From NCBI GenBank assembly GCA_010405405.1, contig MU004231.1:3156401-3220400 (forward strand): 64,000 nucleotides of DNA, read 5' to 3'. The translations under genes and the position numbers were made by a program. Positions 1-9,960 of this stretch are shown here, piece after piece. Each line of letters begins with the position of its first letter. The first letter of the stretch is position 1. The notes beneath the pieces are model-generated. The model was not told the origin of the DNA. It ran no database searches and saw only the letters and a program-made list of their open reading frames with translations. The stretch comes from Microthyrium microscopicum (Eukaryota).

Positions 1-898
1 GTCAACAGATACGTCTAAATCAGCAGATGATGTATCTCAGGCCTTCACCAGACTTGCAGCAGTTGCTGGAACGTCCACTTGCCATCTGGCCATGAGCGCC
101 GAGCCTGTTTTCGTCAATGGAGTCTGGGGTCCTTATCGAGATGTCTTGATACCAGAATACTGGATGGCGGAAGGAGGACAGAGTGCAACAGGTGAACTAC
201 TGAAGCATGTTATCGAGACACACCCAGCGTATAACGATGCCGTTGAGGCAGCCAAAGCATCTGACTCCAACATCTACGACTTCCTCAACTCCCATCTTCA
301 AAAGACAGCAGAAAGCCAAAAAGCGCCAAACAAGAACGTCAGCTGGCTCGGACGACACATGTTCTTCTACGGCGATCTTTTCGGTAACCGATCTCCCATC
401 GCAGATCCAAACATGAAAGGTTCCATCGTCGGTCTCTCCTCCGACAAAAGCATCGATGCGTTAGCCCTCTTATACTATGGCGCCATGGAGTTTATCGCTC
501 TACAAACCAAACAAATAGTCGAGCAGATGAACGACTCTGGCCATGTAATACAAAGCATATTCATGAGTGGCTCTCTCTGCCAGAACGACATCCTGATGGA
601 TCTTATGAGTACTGCTTGCGATATGCCAGTACTCATACCCAAATACATTCACGCTGCCGTCGTCCATGGTGCCGCTATGCTGGGAGCTAAAGCCGCCAGT
701 CATGCAGATGGTGGCAAAGGAGAGCCGTTATGGGATATAATGGTTCGGATGAGCAAACCTGGTGATGCTGTGTATCCTAATAAGGATGCGGCAATGAAGA
801 AGCTGCTTGAGGCGAAATACAGGGTCTTTCTTGAGCAATGTGATCAGCAGCAAAAGTGGAGGAAGGATATCGATCAGGCTGTAGCTGATTGGAAATAA
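1..898 (+). CDS. FGGY-family carbohydrate kinase (D-ribulokinase-like), 3' part; 5' end outside window
   Basis: Frame is open from position 2 (…RLAAVAGTSTCHLAM). It carries GVWGPY, AEGGQSATG, GNRSPIADP and AVVHGAAMLG, typical of FGGY pentulose kinases. Stop TAA at 896-898. Confidence 0.9.
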   Translation, partial: STDTSKSADDVSQAFTRLAAVAGTSTCHLAMSAEPVFVNGVWGPYRDVLIPEYWMAEGGQSATGELLKHVIETHPAYNDAVEAAKASDSNIYDFLNSHLQKTAESQKAPNKNVSWLGRHMFFYGDLFGNRSPIADPNMKGSIVGLSSDKSIDALALLYYGAMEFIALQTKQIVEQMNDSGHVIQSIFMSGSLCQNDILMDLMSTACDMPVLIPKYIHAAVVHGAAMLGAKAASHADGGKGEPLWDIMVRMSKPGDAVYPNKDAAMKKLLEAKYRVFLEQCDQQQKWRKDIDQAVADWK

Positions 899-1393
899 CG
901 TGTGCTAGTGAGTCCAGCAATCCTTACATTTCAATATCCAAAGGGGTCCTCCAATGGTTGGGGGAATCCAGGCAACGATCAGTAGTTGACGTAGACAGTA
1001 TGCTTCAGGTTAGCGAGCTCTTTCATGCTCATCACCAAACCTTCTTCAAATAATATCCACCGTAGGCAAAGACTTGCAAAGCAATGCATTAAAGAAGAAC
1101 ACTTTTTCGTGTAGTATCATAGCACTAAAAGCTGTTACACACCAATACACCATGCCTTGCCCTCAAAGCCTCATAGCCATTACACCTTTAGCATCTATCG
1201 CCAAATTCCATGCTAATCATCACGTCGTGCTCGTCTTATCATTCACATACTTCAACGTCCGCAGTACCATACACATCAAATCGATCAATGCCATAAGAAC
1301 CACGGATATCCTTTCCCAACATGATTTTTGTGGCAACACAGTCGTTAAGACTATTCGTATTGCTTATGACCAAACGCTGCTATCGCAACAGGA

Positions 1394-3778
1394 CTACGCA
1401 CTGTCTCGCTCTCGGAACTTTGCGCGCTGGTTTGGAGGGACATAATTATCGCGATCCGGTTTTCGGTGCTTGGGACGAGAAGATCTATTGGCAAGAGCGA
1501 GTTGCATAGAAGCATCCTCTAGTCGAACATCGCGAGACAAATTGCCAACTTGAGCAGATCGTTGCGGTCGTAGAGGCACTTGAGCAGAAGTGCCAGTGTC
1601 TCCACCATCGACTTGGACCGCTTGACCGCCATTTTGAGCGACAAGGCTATTGTCTTGAGCAGGTGGATGAACATTTGGCTGCATCAGTTCAGCAACGTCT
1701 GGGATAGTACAACCTTGATATGAGATGGTAAAGCCACGGGCTTGCAGTCCACGAATCTCTTCAGCCACTTGGTCGTCATCTTTCTCATCAGGGTGAGGAC
1801 CGTTGCGACTATGCAAATCATCGTTTCCAGCTGGTGCGCGTACATCTCGTCGATCCCGAGGAGTATAGTTATCTAGTGGTATCGACACCACTTGCTCCTG
1901 TTGAAGTATTCCTCGAGCAGGACGATTGTGGTTTCTAGTTGCTTGGCTTAGACGAAGTCGAGGAGTAGTATTGTTTCCTGGTGGTGTGGGCACCACTTGC
2001 TCCTGCTGAACTACTTCCTGAGCAGGACGATCACGATTTCCAACCCGCTGGCGGTTGTCTCGTCGATTGCGAGGCGCCACGTTGCCTACATGAGCTGGTG
2101 CTCCGAATCGCTGTCCATTTGTTGATTGGGCAGGTAGATCTGTACCGTGCGCTACTGGCGCAGTGTTGGCCTTTTGGGTAGTTGTTATATCGGTAGCCCA
2201 TTTCGATTTCGACATTTCATTGGCAACTCGAGACGTAGGAGGATTGTTTGCATCAACCACCGGAGTAGCCCATTTCGACGTCGATAATCCGTTTGAATCT
2301 CGAGTAACAGCGATGGTCGCAGGGAAAGTTTTTGCCTGCACCTTCGAGGTAGCCCATCTTGATGTTGAGACTCCGTTCGCAGCTTGAGTAAGATCGTCAG
2401 AAGAAGGAGGCGCATCTACAGCCTCTGGAGAAGCCAACTGAGTAGGAACGACTGTATCCTGAGCTTGTAAAGTGACTTTCGCCATTTCGACAGCAATGCC
2501 ATTTGCACCTTCAGAGGCAGCCATTGGGGCGAGCAGAGCCGTAGTCATGACCTGAGCCGATAGACAACTATTGGTCCCATCAGGCTTGGCAGTCTCTCCG
2601 CTGGTAATAGCCTCCTGGGTTGGAGGAGCCGTATTTTCGTTTGGTGTGCTATCATTGGCAGTTTCGACAGGTTTGCTAGCCTCACTCTCGGCGGGACGAC
2701 GGCCACTAACAGCGGGAGCTTCTTGACTTAGAGAATCCGGTTGCTCGCAAACATCGTTGCTAGTCGACATAACATGTCGAATGTCGTTACCATCAGAAAC
2801 TCCTTGAGTCACGGGATTAGGTTGACCATTGGTTTCGTCGGATGCTGGGAGATCAGTTTCGCCTGTAGCTTCCACTGGAGCGGAAGGAGTCATTACTTTA
2901 GCTGTTGTAGCAACAGTGACTGTTCCGATAGCCTTGCCAATCTCATTCTTCGTATCTTGTCCTTGGGGAGCAATAGATTTAGCCCGAGCTAGGTCGTCGA
3001 GGTAGCCCATCTCGAACGCCAACTCGGCCTCCTCTGCCCAGTCGATTGCCTGTGGTTCCATGCTTATTTGGGTAGCTACATTGTGAGGAAACTTATCAGA
3101 CGATGGTAGCTCTTGGGCGGGCGCCTCGGGATTTGCTTCGGCGGAAGGACTATCAATTGGAGGTGACTTCTGAGTACACGCCTCGATCGCAGCAGCCTTC
3201 TGTGCGGCCTGTCGAATTTCGCGATCTTTTGCCACCATTTCCGCAGGCATTAGAGACTTGTCTGCCCATTTAGAAGCAAATATCGAGAGATGGCCATCTC
3301 GAACACACAGGTCCAACGCGGCGGCCAGAGGGGCTCCTCCACGTGTTGTAGGCTCTACTGCAGCGGCGTGCTGGGTGACCAAAGGAGGTATCGCAGGTCC
3401 CATTGCCGATTGAGATGACCCATTATTTGGTCGAGGCTGGCGTTGGAGATTAGATCTGGCGTTGTTGTGGTTCTCCCCGTGGCGGGCACGATTGGTTTGG
3501 GCATTATCGTTGTTCTCGTTGCGGCGGCCGCGCTTGGCTTGGTCGTTGGCGTGATTTTCGTCGCGGCGACCACGATTTTGCTGGCTATGGGCATTATATT
3601 CGTTGCGGCGATCACGATTGGCTTGGCTATTGTTGTAGATCTCGTCGCGGCGAGCACGATCAGGTTGGCTATTAGCATTGTTCTCGTCGCGGCGACCGTG
3701 ATGGTGTTGGCTATTCGCGCTGTTGCCATCGCGGCGACGATTGTGCCAGACATCGCCGTTTTTACGACGCTCCTCCAT
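1394..3778 (-). CDS. Hypothetical disordered protein, paralogue 1 of tandem triplet (794 aa)
   Basis: Long uninterrupted ORF. Shares the core MGPAIPPLVTQHA…LDLCVRDGHLSIFASKWADKSLMPAEMVAKDREIRQ with the ORFs at 4824-6974 and 8133-9668. TATA box and 5'-UTR intron upstream. Confidence 0.85.
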   Translation of the reverse strand: MEERRKNGDVWHNRRRDGNSANSQHHHGRRDENNANSQPDRARRDEIYNNSQANRDRRNEYNAHSQQNRGRRDENHANDQAKRGRRNENNDNAQTNRARHGENHNNARSNLQRQPRPNNGSSQSAMGPAIPPLVTQHAAAVEPTTRGGAPLAAALDLCVRDGHLSIFASKWADKSLMPAEMVAKDREIRQAAQKAAAIEACTQKSPPIDSPSAEANPEAPAQELPSSDKFPHNVATQISMEPQAIDWAEEAELAFEMGYLDDLARAKSIAPQGQDTKNEIGKAIGTVTVATTAKVMTPSAPVEATGETDLPASDETNGQPNPVTQGVSDGNDIRHVMSTSNDVCEQPDSLSQEAPAVSGRRPAESEASKPVETANDSTPNENTAPPTQEAITSGETAKPDGTNSCLSAQVMTTALLAPMAASEGANGIAVEMAKVTLQAQDTVVPTQLASPEAVDAPPSSDDLTQAANGVSTSRWATSKVQAKTFPATIAVTRDSNGLSTSKWATPVVDANNPPTSRVANEMSKSKWATDITTTQKANTAPVAHGTDLPAQSTNGQRFGAPAHVGNVAPRNRRDNRQRVGNRDRPAQEVVQQEQVVPTPPGNNTTPRLRLSQATRNHNRPARGILQQEQVVSIPLDNYTPRDRRDVRAPAGNDDLHSRNGPHPDEKDDDQVAEEIRGLQARGFTISYQGCTIPDVAELMQPNVHPPAQDNSLVAQNGGQAVQVDGGDTGTSAQVPLRPQRSAQVGNLSRDVRLEDASMQLALANRSSRPKHRKPDRDNYVPPNQRAKFRERDSA
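3470..3745 (-). repeat. Coding tandem repeat, ~39 nt/13 aa (N/R-rich, NANSQxxRxRRDE-like), ~7 degenerate copies
   Basis: Recurring tcg(t)cgcggcga/cgttgcggcg units on the + strand; visible in the translated N-terminus of the 794-aa ORF. Confidence 0.8.
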
Positions 3779-3985
3779 CTTATTTCGTTAGTTTATTGTA
3801 CCATTTAGACACTCTTCGTGATTGCTTACTATTTGTGTTGGTTTGGTTTGCTGATAGTTGGTCGATTTGTTGGATGGCTTTGGATGAGCAATAGAGAGAA
3901 AATCGAACAGTGCTTAGTTTCGGGCGTGGGAAAAGGTTGGCGAGGAGAGAAATGAGGTCCAGGAAGCAGAAGAAGGCAAATAAGG

Positions 3986-3993
3986 TATATATA
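3986..3993 (-). promoter_or_regulatory. TATA box of paralogue 1
   Basis: TATATATA followed (minus sense) by a pyrimidine-rich tract. Equivalent TATATA upstream of paralogues 2 (7184-7189) and 3 (9875-9880). Confidence 0.55.
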
Positions 3994-4104
3994 AGGACCG
4001 AGTAAGGTGCTAGCTCAGTAAGAGGTGCTCAGTGACTGTCACTTTCCTCACCTCACTGGCAATTTTCACGGGCTAAATGGCCAGCAACGAATAATAACAG
4101 GACT

Positions 4105-4217
4105 TCACTACCTTAAGAATGGTATGAGGTGCAATTGATACGTGTGGCGTTGTCAATATACCTCAATATCAAGCTGGAGGTGGAAATGAGCGAGTCTGAA
4201 CCATATACAGAAAGCGG
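4105..4217 (+). ncRNA. Conserved upstream block copy 1: candidate structured ncRNA or shared cis-regulatory module
   Basis: Collinear motifs ACCTTAAG…CAATTGATA…CCTCAATATC…GGAGGTGG…TCTGAACCATATAC…GAAAGC are shared with 7277-7400 and 9961-10085. CTACCTT(4108-14) pairs with GAGGTGG(4177-83), TGAGGTG with TACCTCA, and ATTGATA with TGTCAAT. Confidence 0.4.
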
Positions 4218-4823
4218 AAACAACAACATTTTTGACAAGCGCTCTGCGCCTGTCACATAGGTGATGGTACCAAAGACTTATACGCTCGGTAGCGAAGGCA
4301 TCAGGTGCCTTGATCAACATTTTGATAGGACTGTTACAACAGATCTCGGACTTTCATATTGGTGCGAGCTAACAGTAATGCCTTCACGAAGGACTTATCA
4401 GATACCTTAACGATTACTAGTACATTCTTGACCTTTATACTTGGTTTGTTTGCGAAAGCAAATCATTAAAGTCTCATTATTTCTAGCAAAGCTCAGCAAA
4501 CCTTTCGGTTTGGCTACCTAGGTAGGTAGCTAGGTACAAACACTTTTTCTGGCTGATGCCCGGCTTGTTATAGCTGGCGATCTCAACTCATCACTTTTCT
4601 TTTTGCGGGAAGTGGACAAACCGGTAGGTTGACGTCCGTTTTCCAGTTCTACGTTCTTCTTTCCTCGTTCTTACTTGGGCAATGTTCATCCCTAACCTTT
4701 TTAAAAGTTCATACCCCACATTTTGCTTTCTCTACCGATCTATCCTCATGATGCTGAATAGCGATTCACGATCCACACGCTGATAACAGCGTGATCATCA
4801 TACCAGTTTTCGATTACCCAAGG

Positions 4824-6974
4824 CTATAAGGACTTTGTGCGCGTATGTCGAGGAATGTACACCTGGGCATCTGAGCTTGGCTGTCTAGGTTGGGAGTTTT
4901 GCGGATTTTGGACAGACTCAATGGCGACGTCTCGATTTGCACGGTGAGAAGTGGTATTGAAAGGTTCGGACGGAACTGGACGCGCCGCAGTTGCTTCTTG
5001 TGTAGAGCATTCCACCCGATGTAGATGATTGAGACGGCCCTGACCCTGATTGCCTAGACGATTTTGTTGAGCCTGGTTACGATGGTGTGCTGGACGACCT
5101 CTATGACCCTGATGATTTGTGAAAGATTGTTGGCTCTGATGGGTAGGGAAAGCTTGTTGTCCCTGATGACTAGGTTGGGCTTGTCGGCTCTGATGAATAT
5201 GGAAAGCCTGTTGTCCCTGGTGAGAAGTGTGACTTACTTGGCTCCGATGAGTTGGGAAGGCGTGTTGTCCCCGATGATCTGGCCAAGCTTGTTGTCCTTG
5301 ATGAGTTCGGGAAGCTTGTTGACCCCGACGAGTGGGCCGAGCTTGCTGACCATGATGAAATGGGGAGCTTTGCTGACCCTGGTGAGTCGGCCGAGCTTGC
5401 TGACCAAGATTTGGACGAGCTTGATGGCCTCCATGGATTGATTGAGCCTGCTCGTTGTGATTGAAGCGGGTTCGTTGGCCACTCTGATTTCGAAGAGCTA
5501 GAGGTTCTGCAGAAATAATGGCCGTAGCACTTATATCATGTGGTCGAGACTCCTGTCGCGTGTCACGATCATGAGGAGTCAGCATAGCGGAAAGAGTGCC
5601 CGAGGCAGAGTTTGGTGTAGCAGTCATACCTGGCCGTCCAGATTGCGCATTACGATGGTCAGCAGTGGTCATTATAGCAGGTGTGCTCGGCGCTTGTGCC
5701 CATCTCGAACTCTCTATACCTGCGGAGGCACGAGGAGCCACATCTTCGGCAGGGCTAGACACTGCCTGAGGCTTTTGGATGGTGACTAGAGCATCAAGTT
5801 TAGGCAAGTTTGCCCACCAAGGTGCTTGAACGCGATTCTCTTTGACAGTGACCGTGGCTGGTAATGCCGGCAGATGTGTCCACCAAGGGTCCTGCGCGAT
5901 GACTCGAGCTTGGAGCATGATGTCGTCAGAAGAACCAGGAGCCGCCTGATGTTCTATAGTAGAGCCTACTGAAGACATTTCGAGAGAGTCTGCCCATGAT
6001 GGTTGCTCTACGTTGGAAGACACTCGAGTAGTCGTGCTGTGAGATGGATCAGCTGCTGCTTGATCCTCCTGGGGAGCCGCCTGGCCTTGGACAGATGTTT
6101 CTTCGGGTGATGATGAAACACCGGAGAGGGTTGCAATAGGCGGCGCTTCTAGTTGTTGAATAGTCTTTATAGGTGGCAAGTCTGGGTCATCTGCCCATCT
6201 CGATTTTCCTACTTCATAGAGAGCTTGAGTCGTCTTTTCAACAGAAGTTTCAAGCGATGTTTCGTGCTTTTGACCATCAAGTTGAACTGGAGGAGCTATG
6301 CTAACAGCTGGAAGTAGATTGGTAGCACCCAGCATAACAGACGGCATAGTGGCAACAGGCTCTGGTCGTTTTTGGTTCTTCTCGCGCTGTTGCTTCACTT
6401 CACGGTCTTTGGCAGCTATCTCGGCTGGCATCTTTGACTTATCTGCATACTTGGAGTCCCATATTCCAAGATGTGGATTTCTAACGCATGAGTCCATTGT
6501 GTCTACCAAATCAGCTCCTGCTCGAGTAGTGGGTGGTGGTCCAATGGGAGCGTGGCCAGTGACCAGCGGAGGTCTCACTGGACCCAGTGCTGCTTCTGAG
6601 GTGGGATCTTGAGCTGGCGCTCGGTGGCTAAGATTAGCTTCGTTCAAGGTACGACGGAAAACATGGTCGTTGCGGCGGTAGGAATTTGCGCCGTTGAAAT
6701 TACTGCCTGTGTTATTGTTGCGAGGACCACGGCCGCGATGGTTGACATTTGTTTCTTGAGGGGCGGGAGGTACAGATGGTGCTCGGAAGGCAGGATTACG
6801 GTCGACAGACGTCTGGTCAGGTACATTGCCAATATGATTGGAGTTGTTGCTGTTTCGACTGAAGTTGTCGCCAATTTGATCGAAGCTGCCGTGGTTATTG
6901 GTGTTGTTGCGAGCACCGCGCCCACCATTACGCCTATATCGCCAGTGACCGTTATTGTTGTGGCCGCTCGCCAT
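4824..6974 (-). CDS. Hypothetical disordered protein, paralogue 2 of tandem triplet (716 aa)
   Basis: Long ORF with the core LGPVRPPLVTGHA…MDSCVRNPHLGIWDSKYADKSKMPAEIAAKDREVKQ, SRWA motifs and C-terminal YIPRHTR. Confidence 0.85.
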   Translation of the reverse strand: MASGHNNNGHWRYRRNGGRGARNNTNNHGSFDQIGDNFSRNSNNSNHIGNVPDQTSVDRNPAFRAPSVPPAPQETNVNHRGRGPRNNNTGSNFNGANSYRRNDHVFRRTLNEANLSHRAPAQDPTSEAALGPVRPPLVTGHAPIGPPPTTRAGADLVDTMDSCVRNPHLGIWDSKYADKSKMPAEIAAKDREVKQQREKNQKRPEPVATMPSVMLGATNLLPAVSIAPPVQLDGQKHETSLETSVEKTTQALYEVGKSRWADDPDLPPIKTIQQLEAPPIATLSGVSSSPEETSVQGQAAPQEDQAAADPSHSTTTRVSSNVEQPSWADSLEMSSVGSTIEHQAAPGSSDDIMLQARVIAQDPWWTHLPALPATVTVKENRVQAPWWANLPKLDALVTIQKPQAVSSPAEDVAPRASAGIESSRWAQAPSTPAIMTTADHRNAQSGRPGMTATPNSASGTLSAMLTPHDRDTRQESRPHDISATAIISAEPLALRNQSGQRTRFNHNEQAQSIHGGHQARPNLGQQARPTHQGQQSSPFHHGQQARPTRRGQQASRTHQGQQAWPDHRGQHAFPTHRSQVSHTSHQGQQAFHIHQSRQAQPSHQGQQAFPTHQSQQSFTNHQGHRGRPAHHRNQAQQNRLGNQGQGRLNHLHRVECSTQEATAARPVPSEPFNTTSHRANRDVAIESVQNPQNSQPRQPSSDAQVYIPRHTRTKSL
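5085..5435 (-). repeat. Coding tandem repeat, ~27 nt/9 aa (HQGQQAxPT-like), ~12 degenerate copies
   Basis: Recurring gcttg(c/t)tg(a/t)ccctg(a/g)tg units; H/Q-rich repeat in the translation. Confidence 0.8.
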
Positions 6975-7276
6975 CTAGATTTTGTCCGTCTCCGGTATTT
7001 GGACTGAGAAAGATGACTTACTTTGCGTGTGAAGTATATTTGTGATGCGATGAGCGTGCGATGTGAGCTGATGCGGTTCAAGAATATAGAGTGGTTGAAG
7101 AGAGTATTGGCGGTGCGGAAAGGCGAGGAAGAGGTAGAGGAAGAAGAAGTGGAAGGCGAGGAGATAGAGAAAGGCCAAAGGATTATATACAAGGACGGCG
7201 ACTGTTAGAATCGAATCGAACCATCACTGAGAGGTTACTAGCGCCAATCTAACCGAACGAAAGCAAAACAAGCATA

Positions 7277-7400
7277 GGCTACCTTAAGAAACACATTCGG
7301 TCAATTGATATATAACGAGCGGCAGTAACGACTACTGAGAGCACCTCGATATCAGCCAGGAGGTGGCTGTTGTAGATGATCTAACCCATATACGGAAGCA
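7277..7400 (+). ncRNA. Conserved upstream block copy 2
   Basis: Same ordered motifs as copy 1. GGCTACCTT(7277-85) pairs with GAGGTGGCT(7360-68), TTGATAT(7305-11) with ATATCAG(7349-55), and apical CAGTA with TACTG. Confidence 0.4.
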
Positions 7401-8132
7401 GTATTCGGTCAACAGATATTCTACTCTTGGCCATCCGCTAGACCACCTGGTACTCGCTGGATATTCACAATGAACCGAGACAAACCGGCTTATAGGCCTT
7501 GGAGTATGCTCGTAAGACGAGAATCACATTATCCTCCGAAGCAAAGGCAAAATGAACCAGCTTCGAAGCTCTCATAATGATGTACCAGGGATATATTCGC
7601 TCTTTATGCTCCTTGTATGTTTGCGAGCTACCACAGTTTGCGCTGTGGTCAACGACTTCTAGTGGCAACTGGTAGATAAGGCTATTGACAAACAATCTCC
7701 TCAAACTATGTCAGACTTTTCGACGATGGTCTTCTGTCTTGGGCAGGCAATGTTTAGGTTAGTGTTCGACTTGCATTCATTCGATAAGGTAGGTCACCAT
7801 ATAAAATATGTATCCCAAGTTATATCGCGCTCTAGGTATCATCCAAGGTTGAAGACTTTTGACTTATTATATCATTATTTCGTACTGCCCATGCCTCGGA
7901 ACGACTGGTTCTTTCAGTTGGTGCTTCGCTTCACCTTTTCATATTCATCACACTCTAGCCGTCTATCAAGAAGTAACCTTTGATTGCAAAGACGCAGTTG
8001 CACCATCCACGAAGTTCTAGCCTTCTCTTTACCTCCATCATCCGAGGTGCTCAGATCATTCTTCGTCTTCCATTCCATGCCAATCATTGTAGGCCAATCG
8101 CCATCCCTTCATCGAATCCTTTCCCCTTGTCA

Positions 8133-9668
8133 CTACTTCTCTTCCTCTCGAGTCTGTGGAGGCATTTTCGGAGGAACGTAGACTGAAGCATTCGGTCTAC
8201 CTTGATTCTGTCGTCGACCTCCTGCCACAGGACCAGCTAACGCACCTTCACCTTGACCAGGAGCAGGATTTGAGTTGGCGTTCATGTTACGACGGTGAGG
8301 AGGTGGTGTCAGACGTCCCTGGCGATTTGTTTGGCGGGAGCGACCATAATTTGTAGTCTGAGATGGGTGGTTTGGCACTCGCGCAACGGCCGTCATAGGA
8401 GCGTTGGCATGAGGCTGAGCCATGTGAGGAGCTCGAGGCTGACGCTGCTGGCCTACTGCTTGGGCATGACGAGAAGTATTCACAGGCCGTAATTGGTTGT
8501 TGCGCTGATCTCGAGAGGTGTTTCTAGTGCCTTGAGTCAGATCGCTAGAATGAGCGGGTTGTGTATGCGGCGGCTGGGTAAAGCCTGCGTTGTTGCGAGG
8601 CTGGAAATGATAATCAGCGCCGTTTCGACGATGGAAGTGATTGTTGGCGTTCGTTGCAGGAGTTGCAGCTGCATGTCGTGAGCGCTGTTGCATTCCACGG
8701 TTCTTGTCGACAGTAACGGTAGGCGCATTTGCCCATCTAGACGCGGCGAGGCCAGTGGGACCTTGAGCAACAGGACCTTGAGTAACGGGACCTTGAGCAA
8801 TGGGACCTTGAGCAACGGGACCTTGAGCAGGCAAATCGAGTAAGGAGTCCGGAGGTTTGATGTCGGAATCCGCAGTAGCATCTGCCCCTCGCGAAGTCGG
8901 GACAAAAGGCGCAGCTTGAGCAGATAAGTTGCCAGTATAGAGAGCGAAGATCGAGTCCGATTCGATAGGTTCGTCCGACCATCTGAAAGATGCGGCACGG
9001 GAGGATGCGTGCACCGTCTCTCTACCCGAGACGCCAGGAACGTTGATGGTCGGCTCTTTGGTCTCGTCCGCTAAGCTCAAAGCAGCAATATCAGGGGAAA
9101 CTACAGCCGAGTCCTGATCGAAGGATCCAATCTGTGTCTGTGGCTCTGTAGAAGTCACATTGGCAGAGCTAGCTTCCGACTGAGATGACTTAGTAACGTC
9201 GACGAGAGGCGCGAGAGAAGCAGTTGGCTCAAGAGAAGCAACTGGTCTTAGAGAAGCAGTTGGGTCTGTGGGAGCTACAGGGTCCTTTGCAGCGACTGAT
9301 TCTTTGGGAACGAGTGGATCTGCTGGAACGACTGGATCTGTTGAAGTGGCGGACGCAGCCAGTTTCTTCGCTCGCTCCTGCTGAATCTCGCGGTCTTTGG
9401 CTACCATCTCCGCCGGCATCTTAGTCTTGTCGGCATACCTAGAGGCGAATATGCCTAGATGCGGGTCGCGCACACAGTTGTCCAAAGTCTCCGTCAAGGA
9501 CTCTCCTGTACGGATAGTTGGCGGAGGACCGGGTGGTGCGTGCTGGGTCACCAGAGGGGGCGTGGCGGGCCCCATGGTTGGTCGCGTATTTGGAGCTGGT
9601 TGATGATTTGAGTTGTCGGGTCGTTTCCAGTTGCGGCGGGTTGGCTTCTTGGTACTACGGTCTTCCAT
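8133..9668 (-). CDS. Hypothetical disordered protein, paralogue 3 of tandem triplet (511 aa)
   Basis: ORF with the core MGPATPPLVTQHA…LDNCVRDPHLGIFASRYADKTKMPAEMVAKDREIQQ, GLAASRWA and C-terminal YVPPKM. Confidence 0.85.
   Translation of the reverse strand: MEDRSTKKPTRRNWKRPDNSNHQPAPNTRPTMGPATPPLVTQHAPPGPPPTIRTGESLTETLDNCVRDPHLGIFASRYADKTKMPAEMVAKDREIQQERAKKLAASATSTDPVVPADPLVPKESVAAKDPVAPTDPTASLRPVASLEPTASLAPLVDVTKSSQSEASSANVTSTEPQTQIGSFDQDSAVVSPDIAALSLADETKEPTINVPGVSGRETVHASSRAASFRWSDEPIESDSIFALYTGNLSAQAAPFVPTSRGADATADSDIKPPDSLLDLPAQGPVAQGPIAQGPVTQGPVAQGPTGLAASRWANAPTVTVDKNRGMQQRSRHAAATPATNANNHFHRRNGADYHFQPRNNAGFTQPPHTQPAHSSDLTQGTRNTSRDQRNNQLRPVNTSRHAQAVGQQRQPRAPHMAQPHANAPMTAVARVPNHPSQTTNYGRSRQTNRQGRLTPPPHRRNMNANSNPAPGQGEGALAGPVAGGRRQNQGRPNASVYVPPKMPPQTREEEK
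8755..8830 (-). repeat. Coding 15-nt tandem repeat (AQGPV/I) x5
   Basis: ggaccttgag(c/t)a repeated five times at 15-nt spacing. Confidence 0.9.
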
Positions 9669-9960
9669 CTAGTTTTGTCAATCTGAGTTGTCAAGAGACG
9701 GCTTTGGGCGCTTACTATACGGATACGCAATATTTAGAACTTTCTGATCTGTGAATGCTATAAAGCGTTTAATCGAAGTCGGCGATATCAAAAGCTGGCG
9801 GAAAGGGTTGAAGAGGTGGTTGAAGGTGTTGAAGAGAAAGCGAAAAGTAAAGTAAGAGAGAAAGTCAAGCGGAGTATATAGAGGCTAAGAGAGGTAGGTC
9901 ACTGACAACTTTCGAGCCACAATGACCCAGAGCTAACCAAATGAAGCAAAGTCAGAACTG

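Noticed and set aside
4515..4540. TAGGTAGGTAGCTAGGTA motif (similar words near 10117, 16441 and 54678)
   Set aside because: A common low-complexity intergenic word in filamentous fungi; no specific function can be supported here.
3355..7192. Antisense and alternate-frame hydrophobic ORFs (e.g. 3443-3808 +, 5064-5441 +, 6644-7192 -)
   Set aside because: They are shadows of the repetitive coding sequence of the real minus-strand genes.
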